Positions 18,974 through 27,980 of a DNA stretch of 32,000 nucleotides are shown in pieces. The DNA is from Candidatus Saccharimonadota bacterium (GTDB taxonomy: Bacteria; Pseudomonadota; Gammaproteobacteria; Enterobacterales; Enterobacteriaceae), in NCBI RefSeq assembly GCF_012571795.1, contig NZ_CP046222.1:300819-332818 (forward strand), read 5' to 3'. Under the pieces are notes generated by a model, which saw only the letters and a list, made by a program, of their open reading frames with translations, was not told where the DNA came from and searched no databases. Position 1 is the first letter of the stretch. Each line of letters begins with the position of its first letter. Position numbers and translations under genes: made by a program.

Positions 18974-19238
18974 GCCTCTTTACAGTAAATAATGATTAAT
19001 ACTAATAATATTTTTTATTAATATAAAATAAATAAAATAATATAATTTTAATATATTTAATTTTTAATCTTTTAAAAATAAATTGTTTTTATATTATATG
19101 TATAATTTGTGATTATAATTATCATATTAAATATAACCACAAATAAGTAAATTATAATAATAATGTATAAATCATTAATTAAATTTTATTAAAATTAATA
19201 TATATTATAAAATAATATATAGTAATATGATTTTTAAA

Positions 19239-21323
19239 TTAATTTAAAGCAGCCTTAATGCTTAATCTAATTCTTCCTTGTTTATCAATTTCTAATACTT
19301 TTACTGATACATTTTGTAATAATTTTAAATAATCACTAACTCTACTAACATGTGTATTAGTAATTTGTGAAATATGTACTAATCCTTCTTTACCATGACC
19401 TATAGATACAAAAGCACCAAAATCCATAATGCGTGTAACTTTACCAATATAAACTTGTCCAACTTCAATATCAGCAGTAATTTCTTCAATACGACGAATA
19501 GCAAATTGAATTTGTTTATTATTTTGTGCAGAAATTTTTACAATACCATTATCTTCAATTTCTATAATTGTTTCGGTTTCTTCCGTTAGTGCTCTAATTA
19601 CTGAACCACCTTTACCTATCATATCTTTAATTTTATCGGGATTAATTTTTATAGTATGTATTCTAGGTGCAAAATCTGAAATATTTGTTTTAGGAATAGC
19701 AATTGCTTTTTTCATAACTGATAAGATATGTAATCTAGCTAACTTAGCTTGTTTTAATGATAATTTAATAATTTGATATGTTATTCCTTCTATTTTTATA
19801 TCCATCTGCAATGCAGTAATGCCTGTATCAGTACCTGCAACTTTAAAATCCATATCACCTAAATGATCTTCGTCTCCTAAAATATCTGTTAAGATTATAT
19901 AATTATCATTAGTTTTAATTAATCCCATTGCTATACCAGCTACAGCATTTTTAATAGGTATACCAGCATCCATCATTGCTAATGATGCACCACATACAGA
20001 AGCCATAGATGATGACCCATTAGATTCAGTTATTTCTGAAACTATACGAATAGTATATGGAAAAACTTCTGTAGTAGGCATAACTGGCAATATTGCTTTT
20101 TTTGCTAAATATCCGTGACCTATTTCACGTCTTTTAGGAGTACCTAATATGCCAATCTCACCAACAGCATAAGCAGGAAAATTATAATGAAATAAAAAAT
20201 TATCAGTCTTTTCACCTACTAAATCATCTAAAATTTGTGCATCTCTATTCGTACCTAGTGTAACAGTAACTAAAGATTGTGTTTCGCCTCTAGTAAATAA
20301 AGCTGAACCATGCGTACGAGGTAAGATCCCTGTGCGTACATCTAAACTACGAATCATATCATGTTCACGACCATCAATCCGTGTATTATTTTTCAAAATA
20401 TTTGTTTTAATGATATTTTTTTCCAATTCATAAAAAATTTCATTTATATCATGATGTGAAATATCTTCGTATTGTTTATTAATATATTCAATAACATTAG
20501 ATTTTATTATATTAATTTGATTCATACGATCTTGTTTAGTGGATATATTATATGCTTGTATTAAATCATCATATGATAAAGATGCAATTTTTTCTTTAAT
20601 ATCTTGATTTATGGCATGTAATATCCATTCTATAGTAGGTTTTTTTACTTCATCTGCAAATTTTATAATATTGTCAATAATAGTTTGTTGTTGCTTATGT
20701 CCGTAAATAATTGCTTCTAAAATTTGTTCTTCATTTAATTGATCAGATTTTGCTTCTACCATTAAAATTGTTTTTTTAGTTCCTGTCACAATTAAATCTA
20801 ATCGACTTTGCTTCATATCTTTTATAGTTGGATTTAATATATATTCATTATTTATATAACCAATACGTGCTGTACCAATAGGACCAGAAAAAGGAATACC
20901 TGATAAAGTTAACACAGCAGATACACCAATAATTGCAACAATATCTGGATTAATATTAGGATCAACAGACATAACTGTAGCAATAATTTGTACTTCATTT
21001 AAAAAACCTTTTTTAAATAAAGGTCTTAATGGACGATCTATTAAACGAGAAATTAAAATTTCTCCTTCACTAGGGCGACCTTCTCTACGAAAAAAATTTC
21101 CTGGAATACGCCCCGCAGCATATGATTTTTCTTGATAATGTACTGATAATGGTAAAAAATTTAATTCTGATTTAATATTTTTATTTACTACTATAGTAAC
21201 AAAAACTGCTGTATCATCCATGCTAACCATTACTGCAGCTGTAGCCTGTCGTGCAATCATACCTGTTTCAATAGTAACAATATTATTACCATAACGAAAC
21301 TTACGAATAACCGGATTTAACAA
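19239..21323 (-). CDS. pnp: polynucleotide phosphorylase
   Basis: 694 aa vs 711 in E. coli. (M)LNPVIRKF / MLNPIVRKF. Long identical runs include [65 protein letters not shown] and [20 protein letters not shown] start at 21323..21321, with AAGGA 8 nt upstream. E. coli pnp also starts at UUG. Confidence 0.97.
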   Translation of the reverse strand: MLNPVIRKFRYGNNIVTIETGMIARQATAAVMVSMDDTAVFVTIVVNKNIKSELNFLPLSVHYQEKSYAAGRIPGNFFRREGRPSEGEILISRLIDRPLRPLFKKGFLNEVQIIATVMSVDPNINPDIVAIIGVSAVLTLSGIPFSGPIGTARIGYINNEYILNPTIKDMKQSRLDLIVTGTKKTILMVEAKSDQLNEEQILEAIIYGHKQQQTIIDNIIKFADEVKKPTIEWILHAINQDIKEKIASLSYDDLIQAYNISTKQDRMNQINIIKSNVIEYINKQYEDISHHDINEIFYELEKNIIKTNILKNNTRIDGREHDMIRSLDVRTGILPRTHGSALFTRGETQSLVTVTLGTNRDAQILDDLVGEKTDNFLFHYNFPAYAVGEIGILGTPKRREIGHGYLAKKAILPVMPTTEVFPYTIRIVSEITESNGSSSMASVCGASLAMMDAGIPIKNAVAGIAMGLIKTNDNYIILTDILGDEDHLGDMDFKVAGTDTGITALQMDIKIEGITYQIIKLSLKQAKLARLHILSVMKKAIAIPKTNISDFAPRIHTIKINPDKIKDMIGKGGSVIRALTEETETIIEIEDNGIVKISAQNNKQIQFAIRRIEEITADIEVGQVYIGKVTRIMDFGAFVSIGHGKEGLVHISQITNTHVSRVSDYLKLLQNVSVKVLEIDKQGRIRLSIKAALN

Positions 21324-21365
21324 AATATTTATCCTTTTAATTTATTACAAAATTTATGTTATTTA

Positions 21366-21386
21366 ATATGTAACATTATTACATAT
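21366..21386 (-). other. 8-bp AU-rich hairpin immediately 3' of rpsO, in the rpsO-pnp spacer
   Basis: ATATGTAA (21366..21373), 5-nt loop, TTACATAT (21379..21386). It starts 1 nt after the rpsO stop codon. It may be a remnant of the rpsO attenuator/terminator. One G:C pair only and no clean U-tract. Confidence 0.3.
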
Positions 21387-21387
21387 A

Positions 21388-21657
21388 TTATTTTCTTAAA
21401 TTTAAACTTTCAATTAATTTGTTATAATCATTAATATTTTTTTTTTTGAAATAATTTAAAAATTTTCGACGTTGTGATATCATATCTAGTAATCCACGAC
21501 GGCTATGGTGGTCTTTTTTATGTATAATAAAATGTTTTTGTAAATAATTAATTTTTAATGTAAGTAAAGCTATTTGTACTGGAGTAGAACCATTATCATG
21601 ATTGTGTTTTTGATACTTTAATATCATATTATTTTTTTCTTGTTTATTAAAATACAT
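21388..21657 (-). CDS. rpsO: 30S ribosomal protein S15
   Basis: 89 aa, the same length as E. coli S15. [11 protein letters not shown] / [23 protein letters not shown] is identical. AGGAG (21670..21666) lies 8 nt upstream of the ATG. Confidence 0.96.
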   Translation of the reverse strand: MYFNKQEKNNMILKYQKHNHDNGSTPVQIALLTLKINYLQKHFIIHKKDHHSRRGLLDMISQRRKFLNYFKKKNINDYNKLIESLNLRK

Positions 21658-21693
21658 AAATAATACTCCTATATTTATACTTGTAATTATATA

Positions 21694-22626
21694 TTATTTA
21701 ATTATACTACACTTAGTAATGTATTTATCCTTGTTGATACTTCCAATACTAATTAGTTGATTTGTATTTATTTCATAAATGCGAATAAAATTATTTGTTA
21801 AAAGAAGATCTTGTTTAATTTTATATTTATAACCGTTTTTAATTTTACATATTATATTATTAGATAAATATATTTTTGGGATATGTTGTACTATATATTG
21901 TATAGGTAATAATAATTTATTAATTAATAATATATTATATGAGTATTTTTTTACTAATTTATATAATTCCTCTAATGTTAATACCTTATTATGTAATACA
22001 GAAATATGTGCTACTGTTAAACGACGTAATTGGGTTACATGTGCGCCACATTTAAGTTTATCACCTAAATCATCAATTAAACTACGTATGTATGTACCTT
22101 TAGAACAATGTATATTTAATATAAGTTTATTATCTTTAAAAGAAATTAATGTAATATTATAAATTATAATTATTCTAGGTTTTATTTTTATTGTAATGCC
22201 AGAACGTGCATACTTATAAAGGGGTATGCCATGATATTTTATAGCAGAATACATATTAGGTTTTTGTGTGATATAACCTGTAAATTTTTTTAAATATTTA
22301 TTAATAGTATCGATTGTGATATTAATAACTTTATTTTTTTTGATAATTTTACCATATATATCTGCAGTATCAGTTTTAATACCTAAATATGCAGTTACTG
22401 TATATGTTTTATCCGCATTACTTAATAAACCAGCTAATTTTGTATATTTGCCACAACATATAGGTAATAATCCACTAGCCAGCGGATCTAATGTGCCAGT
22501 ATAACCAGCTTTTTTAATATGACATAAAGATTTAATATTTTGCAAAATTTTATTAGATGTTAATCCAATTGTTTTGTCAATTAATAATAAACCATTATAG
22601 TTTTGTTTGTGTTTTATAATATTCAT
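21694..22626 (-). CDS. truB: tRNA pseudouridine-55 synthase
   Basis: 310 aa vs 314 in E. coli. The catalytic-Asp motif KAGYTGTLDPLASGLLPIC is present, as is CSKGTYIRSL. Position in the nusA-infB-rbfA-truB-rpsO-pnp array is conserved. Confidence 0.94.
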   Translation of the reverse strand: MNIIKHKQNYNGLLLIDKTIGLTSNKILQNIKSLCHIKKAGYTGTLDPLASGLLPICCGKYTKLAGLLSNADKTYTVTAYLGIKTDTADIYGKIIKKNKVINITIDTINKYLKKFTGYITQKPNMYSAIKYHGIPLYKYARSGITIKIKPRIIIIYNITLISFKDNKLILNIHCSKGTYIRSLIDDLGDKLKCGAHVTQLRRLTVAHISVLHNKVLTLEELYKLVKKYSYNILLINKLLLPIQYIVQHIPKIYLSNNIICKIKNGYKYKIKQDLLLTNNFIRIYEINTNQLISIGSINKDKYITKCSIIK

Positions 22627-22656
22627 TATTTATATTTTTTATATAATAAACAATAA

Positions 22657-23019
22657 TTAATTATTCTTAATAAGATTATAAATATAATTACCTTCTTCTA
22701 AAGAAGAATCTAAAAAAAATTTTAATTGTGGTACATTACGTAATAACATTGTTTTTTTTAAAATAAACCTAATATATCCTGTAATATTATTTAAAAAATG
22801 TAATTCCTGTTTAAAATTATTAATTGCATTATTATTTATTTGTTTATAAGGTATCATAATAAATATTTTTGCGTATGATAAATCTTTAGATATTAATAAA
22901 TCAGTAATAGTAATAAATTTATTTAAACGTATATCATCAATATGATATTGAAAAATATAAGAAATTTGTTTTTTTAATTCATTAGCAATTTTTAATTGAC
23001 GGTATAACTTTTTTTCCAT
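22657..23019 (-). CDS. rbfA: ribosome-binding factor A
   Basis: 120 aa. Identified by its location between infB and truB, its size, and a general RbfA-like pattern (RxxxxxELxKxIS near the N-terminus; ...VPxLxF near the C-terminus). Confidence 0.85.
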   Translation of the reverse strand: MEKKLYRQLKIANELKKQISYIFQYHIDDIRLNKFITITDLLISKDLSYAKIFIMIPYKQINNNAINNFKQELHFLNNITGYIRFILKKTMLLRNVPQLKFFLDSSLEEGNYIYNLIKNN

Positions 23020-23077
23020 TATATTATACTTTTTAAAAAAAATAGTTTTTGAAAATTATAAATTATATTTATATTAT

Positions 23078-25258
23078 TTATTTAAATGTTTCTATTTTAT
23101 CTTTTATTTTAATAGTATTAAAGTTTTTAATACTAATACCACATTCCATATTAATATGTACTTCATTAACAGTATCTTTAAATCTTCTTAAAGATTCAAT
23201 AACTCCTTCATAAATAACTTTATTATTTCTAATAATATGTACAGAATCATTATTTTTTAAAATACCATTTATAACAGTACAACCAGCAATTACACCTAAT
23301 TTGGGAATAGTAAAAATATTTTTTACTTCAGCTATACCTAAAATTTTATATTTATTTTGTGGTATTGTTAATATATTAATATAATCTTGTAATTCTTGAA
23401 TTAAATGATAAATTACTGTAAAATTTTTTATTTTAATATTTTCAGATAAAATAATATTTTTAGCTGCATTATCTGTTTTAACATTAAAACCAATTATAAT
23501 AACATGATTATTATTTTTAGTGGTAATTAGTGTAACATCAGTTTCTGTAATATTCCCTACACCAGTATGAATAACATTAATTTTACAATGATTATTAGAC
23601 ATATTAATTAATATATTTTTAATAATTTCTACAGAACCTTGTGAATGACATTTTAATAAAATATTTATTCTACATATATTATTTTGTATATTTAAATTAT
23701 CAAAATTTTGTCTAAAATTTTTACTTTGTTCTTGTAAATGATTCTCACGTAATTTATTTTTTCTATATATAGCTACTGCTTTTGCTTGTTTCTCGTTTTT
23801 AACTGTTATAAATATATCACCAGCATAAGGTATATCTGATAAACCTATAATTTCAATAGGCATAGACGGTGTAGCATATGATATGATTAATCCTTGATTA
23901 TTTCTTAAGCTTTTTATTCTACCATAAGTTATACCACATAATATAATATCACCTTTACTTAATTTTCCTTCTTGTACTAAAATGTTAGCAACAGGTCCTT
24001 TACCTTTATCTAAATAAGATTCAATAACTGTGCCTTTTGCTATACCTTCATATCTAACTTTTAATTCTAATATTTCTGCTTGTAATAAAATTGCATCTAA
24101 TAATTTATTAATGCCAATACCAGTTTTTGCAGAAATAGAAACAAATATATTATCTCCACCCCATTTTTCTGATACTATATGATAACTACTAAGTTCATTA
24201 GTAATTTTATCTATATTTGATATATCTTTATCAATCTTATTAATTGCTACTATTATAGGTATATTTAATTTTTTCGCATAATTTATAACTTCAACAGTTT
24301 GAGGCATAACACCATCATCAATTGCTATAACTAAAATAATAATATCAGTAATTTGTATACCACGAAATCTCATGTCTTTAAAAGCAGCATGTCCTGGAGT
24401 ATCTACAAAAGTTATATATTTATTTTGATGTTTGATTTGATATGCATTAATATTTTGTGTAATATTTCCAGCTTCTGATTTTATAATATTATTAGAAAGA
24501 ATATAATTTAATAATGATGTTTTTCCATGATCAACATGACCCATAACTGTTACTATAGGACTTCTTTCATATTTTTTATATTTATTATTTTCTTGTTTAT
24601 TGATTAAAGATTTTTCTATAGAATTTTCATCATGTAAAATAACTTTATGTCCCATTTCTTCTGCAATGAATTGTGCAGTTTCTTGATTTAATAATTGATT
24701 TATATTAACTACTTTTTCTCCCATATTAGTCATTGTTTGTATAATTAAAGAACTTTTTACAGCCATTTTATTAGATAAATCATTAATACTAATATTTTTA
24801 TTATTAATACAAACTGTCCGATTAATATTTTTTATAGGTTTTTGAAAATTTTGTTGTAATGTACTATAATTAATTGTAGTATTACGTTTAATATTTTTTT
24901 CTTTATTTTTTATAAAATATTTTTTATTAGTTATTTTTTTTTTATATGCAAATTTTTTATATTCTTTCTGTGTTATATCTATAAAATTAGAATGTTTTTT
25001 TTCTTGTTTAAATTTTGTGCTATATTTGTTTAGTATATAATGTTTTTTATTATACGTTTTATTTATAGAAAGATCTTGATTTTTAACATATTTATTTTTA
25101 CTTATTAAGTATTGTATTATATTTTTTTTTTCTATGATATTAACTGAATCATTTATATTTTTTTTTATACCTATTTTTAAAAAATATTGTATTAATTTTG
25201 TAATATTTATTTTTATTTTTTCTGCTAATTTTTTTACAGTAATAATTTCTTCGAGCAT
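23078..25258 (-). CDS. infB: translation initiation factor IF-2
   Basis: 726 aa vs 890 in E. coli. LQQNFQKP, LSNKMAVKS and ETAQFIAEEMGHKVIL are present. G domain motifs: MGHVDHGKTSLL, DTPGHAAF and NKIDK. The C-terminal SLRRFKDTVNEV and MECGI are present. The N-terminal linker is strongly shortened. Confidence 0.96.
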   Translation of the reverse strand: MLEEIITVKKLAEKIKINITKLIQYFLKIGIKKNINDSVNIIEKKNIIQYLISKNKYVKNQDLSINKTYNKKHYILNKYSTKFKQEKKHSNFIDITQKEYKKFAYKKKITNKKYFIKNKEKNIKRNTTINYSTLQQNFQKPIKNINRTVCINNKNISINDLSNKMAVKSSLIIQTMTNMGEKVVNINQLLNQETAQFIAEEMGHKVILHDENSIEKSLINKQENNKYKKYERSPIVTVMGHVDHGKTSLLNYILSNNIIKSEAGNITQNINAYQIKHQNKYITFVDTPGHAAFKDMRFRGIQITDIIILVIAIDDGVMPQTVEVINYAKKLNIPIIVAINKIDKDISNIDKITNELSSYHIVSEKWGGDNIFVSISAKTGIGINKLLDAILLQAEILELKVRYEGIAKGTVIESYLDKGKGPVANILVQEGKLSKGDIILCGITYGRIKSLRNNQGLIISYATPSMPIEIIGLSDIPYAGDIFITVKNEKQAKAVAIYRKNKLRENHLQEQSKNFRQNFDNLNIQNNICRINILLKCHSQGSVEIIKNILINMSNNHCKINVIHTGVGNITETDVTLITTKNNNHVIIIGFNVKTDNAAKNIILSENIKIKNFTVIYHLIQELQDYINILTIPQNKYKILGIAEVKNIFTIPKLGVIAGCTVINGILKNNDSVHIIRNNKVIYEGVIESLRRFKDTVNEVHINMECGISIKNFNTIKIKDKIETFK

Positions 25259-25295
25259 ATATTGATATCCTATTAATATAATATTTATATTATTG

Positions 25296-26786
25296 TTATT
25301 TTTTATTAAACCAACAAATATTACGTGCTGACATAATTAAATGACCAGCTTGTTTAACATTGAGTACATCAATATCTGATAAATCTTCAATACTTTGTTC
25401 GGCTAATTGTTCTATACTAATAATACCTTTATCTATTAATAACTTACATATTTCATTATTAATTTCTTTTATTTGAAATAAATTATTCTTAATTTTTGTA
25501 ATATTTATTTCTGTTTTTAGATTATATAAATTATTAAATTGTTTTTTCATTGCAATTTGCATTTGTCTAAAATTTGATATATTAATATTAAATTTATGAT
25601 TTATTTGATCAATTTGATTGATAGAGCAAAATATAATTGCTTCTATAGAAGATAAACCTGCTTGAATTAATTTTAATGATATATCTTTATTAATATGTAA
25701 ATATTTATTAAAAATTTTTACTAAATTATTTTGTTGTAATATATACTTATTTTTTAAATCATTTTGTGTCATAACATTTAATTCCCAACCACTTAATTGA
25801 GATGCTAAACGAATATTTTGTCCGTTTCTACCAATAGCTTGTGCTAAATTCTGTGCATGTACAGATATATCTATTATATGTTTATAATGATTAATTATAA
25901 TTGAAGATATATTAGCTGGGGCCATTGCATTATTAATAAATTTTTTAATATCTTTATCCCATAATATGATATCAATTTTTTCACCATGTAATTCGTTCGA
26001 TATAGCTTGTACACGAGCACCTCTCATGCCTACACATGCACCGATAGGATCAATTCTTTTATCATTAGTTGTAACAGCTATTTTTGCTCTAGATCCTGGG
26101 TCTCTAGCTATAGCTTTAATTTCAATGACACCGTCTTTAATTTCAGGTACTTCAATACGTAATAATTCAATTAACATTTGTATTTTAGAACGACTAACAA
26201 ATAATTTAGTTTCCTTATATGTATTCTTTATAGAAAATAATAAACCTTTAATACGATCTCCTGGTCTATAATTTTCTCTGGGTAACATATCTTCTCGTAA
26301 TATCATTGCATCTATATTATTACCTAAATCTAAACTTAAATAATTTTTATGTATTTTTTTAACTATGCCATGTAATATTTTACCTTCTTGTTTTTTAAAA
26401 TGTGCAATAATAATTTCTTTTTCAGCTTCTCGTACTTTATGTACAATAACTTGTTTTGCTGTCTGAGTAGTAATACGATTAAAATTAATAGATTCAATTT
26501 GGTCATAAATATAATCACCTACATTTAATGTATTATCTTCAAGACGTGCAGCATCTAATGTAATTTCTTTTGTAGGATAATTTACTTTGTTAACAATTAA
26601 CCAACGTCTAAAAGTATTAAAATGACCATTTTTACGATCAATATTAACTGACACTTCTATATCATGTTCATATTTTTTTTTTGTTGCACTAACTAATGCA
26701 CTTTCCATCGCTTCAAAAATTTTTTCACGAGGTAAAGATTTTTCATTAGATACCGCTTCAATAACAGCAAGCATTTCTTTATTCAT
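25296..26786 (-). CDS. nusA: transcription termination/antitermination factor NusA
   Basis: ORF-track ORF starts at a TTG (26801). I trimmed it to the ATG at 26786..26784, with GAGGA 8 nt upstream. [31 protein letters not shown] vs E. coli [31 protein letters not shown]. 496 aa vs 495. [25 protein letters not shown] and ARNICWF are conserved. Confidence 0.97.
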   Translation of the reverse strand: MNKEMLAVIEAVSNEKSLPREKIFEAMESALVSATKKKYEHDIEVSVNIDRKNGHFNTFRRWLIVNKVNYPTKEITLDAARLEDNTLNVGDYIYDQIESINFNRITTQTAKQVIVHKVREAEKEIIIAHFKKQEGKILHGIVKKIHKNYLSLDLGNNIDAMILREDMLPRENYRPGDRIKGLLFSIKNTYKETKLFVSRSKIQMLIELLRIEVPEIKDGVIEIKAIARDPGSRAKIAVTTNDKRIDPIGACVGMRGARVQAISNELHGEKIDIILWDKDIKKFINNAMAPANISSIIINHYKHIIDISVHAQNLAQAIGRNGQNIRLASQLSGWELNVMTQNDLKNKYILQQNNLVKIFNKYLHINKDISLKLIQAGLSSIEAIIFCSINQIDQINHKFNINISNFRQMQIAMKKQFNNLYNLKTEINITKIKNNLFQIKEINNEICKLLIDKGIISIEQLAEQSIEDLSDIDVLNVKQAGHLIMSARNICWFNKK

Positions 26787-27125
26787 CCTAGTTTTCCTCA
26801 AATATTAACCTTGTAAAATTAGGGAACTAGATTTTTTATAAAATTTATTTATATTTTTATAAAAATAAATATTTATTATATTAAGTAACACTAAAATTAT
26901 ATTTTAATAATACAAATATTTCAGAATAATACAGTATATCTTCATAATTTAAAATATTAATATTTTAAATTCATAATAAAAACTTGAATTTTTTAAAAAA
27001 AATAAAAGTCTTTTATACAGTATATAATTTAAAATTTTAGTATATTTTATTTAATATAAAAACTACATTAAATTATACAAAATAATTAATATAATTATTA
27101 GGAGTAAAACATTAATTGATAGTAG

Positions 27126-27202
<77 letters not shown>

Positions 27203-27220
27203 TCTACTTAGTGATACTAT

Positions 27221-27249
27221 ATGATATGATAAAAATATAAATAATGCAA
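27221..27249 (-). promoter_or_regulatory. candidate sigma70 promoter for tRNA-fMet / nusA-infB operon
   Basis: On the minus strand: -35 TTGCAT (27249..27244), 17-nt spacer, -10 TATCAT (27226..27221), ending 18 nt upstream of the tRNA 5' end at 27202. Low specificity in AT-rich DNA. Confidence 0.3.
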
Positions 27250-27260
27250 ATTTTTTTTTA

Positions 27261-27351
27261 TACCGAAGACGGGATTCGAACCCGTAAACCCTATGTTAAT
27301 AAGAGTGCTACCACCTCAAGGTAGTGTGTTTACCAATTTCACCACATCGGT
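27261..27351 (-). tRNA. leuU: tRNA-Leu (anticodon GAG), 91 nt, enlarged variable arm, no encoded CCA
   Basis: The minus strand reads ACCGATGTGGTGAAATTGGTAAACACACTACCTTGAGGTGGTAGCACTCTTATTAACATAGGGTTTACGGGTTCGAATCCCGTCTTCGGTA. The anticodon loop is TTGAGGT. It resembles E. coli leuU and lies directly downstream of secG as in E. coli. Confidence 0.88.
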
Positions 27352-27367
27352 ATTTTTTATATCAAGG

Positions 27368-27637
27368 TTAAAATTTACTAAATTTACTTATGTCAATATT
27401 TTTTATATTTGTACCTTCATTAAAATGACATAATATTAAACTAAAAATAAAAAATAAAAGAGATAATACTATAATACAATTTGTTAAAATTTTACTTGTT
27501 GTATTTGTATTAAATAATGATTTAGGATAATTTATAGATGAAGTATTAATATCTGTTATATCACTATTTTCTAATACAATTAAACTTATTAATAAAACTG
27601 TAATAATAATAAAAAGTAATAAAGATAAAACATACAT
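27368..27637 (-). CDS. secG: protein-export membrane protein SecG (strongly diverged)
   Basis: ORF-track ORF starts at a TTG (27649). I trimmed it to the ATG at 27637..27635. MYVLSLLLFIIITVLLISLIVL aligns with E. coli MYEALLVVFLIVAIGLVGLIML, and the second TM segment LLFFIFSLIL aligns with TLFFIISLVL. 89 aa vs 110. secG-leuU adjacency is conserved. Confidence 0.72.
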   Translation of the reverse strand: MYVLSLLLFIIITVLLISLIVLENSDITDINTSSINYPKSLFNTNTTSKILTNCIIVLSLLFFIFSLILCHFNEGTNIKNIDISKFSKF

Positions 27638-27980
27638 GAGGTTTACCAATAATAAATTATTAATTTTTTAATAAAAAATATTGTGATTATGATTATCACA
27701 TAAAATATTAATTAATACAATCAAATTTAGTAAATACTATTCAATTTACTATAGTAAATAAAATATTAGATTATTTATTACTTAATATTTTTATTAATTT
27801 ATAAAATTATCTAATAATTATTAATATGTATCTAATATATATTATATACTTTTTAATACAATAAATTAATTTTTATATAACAAATAATATATTTAAATAA
27901 TATTTAATAGAATTTGTAAATTAATATTAAAGTATTAAATATTATTTTTATATTTCATTATATAATAAATAATTAACTTA

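Noticed and set aside
19131-19142. DnaA-box-like words (ATAACCACA; also TTATCACA at 27693..27700), hinting at an origin.
   Set aside because: The best match is 7 of 9 to TTATCCACA. There is no cluster of boxes, no AT-rich 13-mers arrangement and no origin-linked genes nearby.
19395-19589. 64-aa plus-strand ORF from the ORF track.
   Set aside because: It is antisense to the strongly conserved C-terminal KH/S1 region of pnp and has no start context or similarity to anything I recognise.
22316-22504. 62-aa plus-strand ORF from the ORF track.
   Set aside because: It is antisense to the catalytic core of truB. It is a shadow ORF.
25966-26271. 101-aa plus-strand ORF with less biased composition (Pro/Ala/Ser/Gly-containing).
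   Set aside because: It lies antisense to the most conserved, relatively GC-richer part of nusA (S1/KH region). Open antisense frames are expected there because the sense codons constrain stops. There is no SD or homology.
26929-27025. LexA SOS box. The repeated word reads ATATACTGTAT on the minus strand and resembles half of TACTG(TA)5CAGTA.
   Set aside because: Neither copy has the partner CAG half-site at the required spacing, so these are half-sites only.
27682-27700. CRP-like site TGTGA...TCACA upstream of secG.
   Set aside because: The spacer between the half-sites is 9 nt, not the 6 nt of the CRP consensus. It is better described as part of the shared 28-nt motif.
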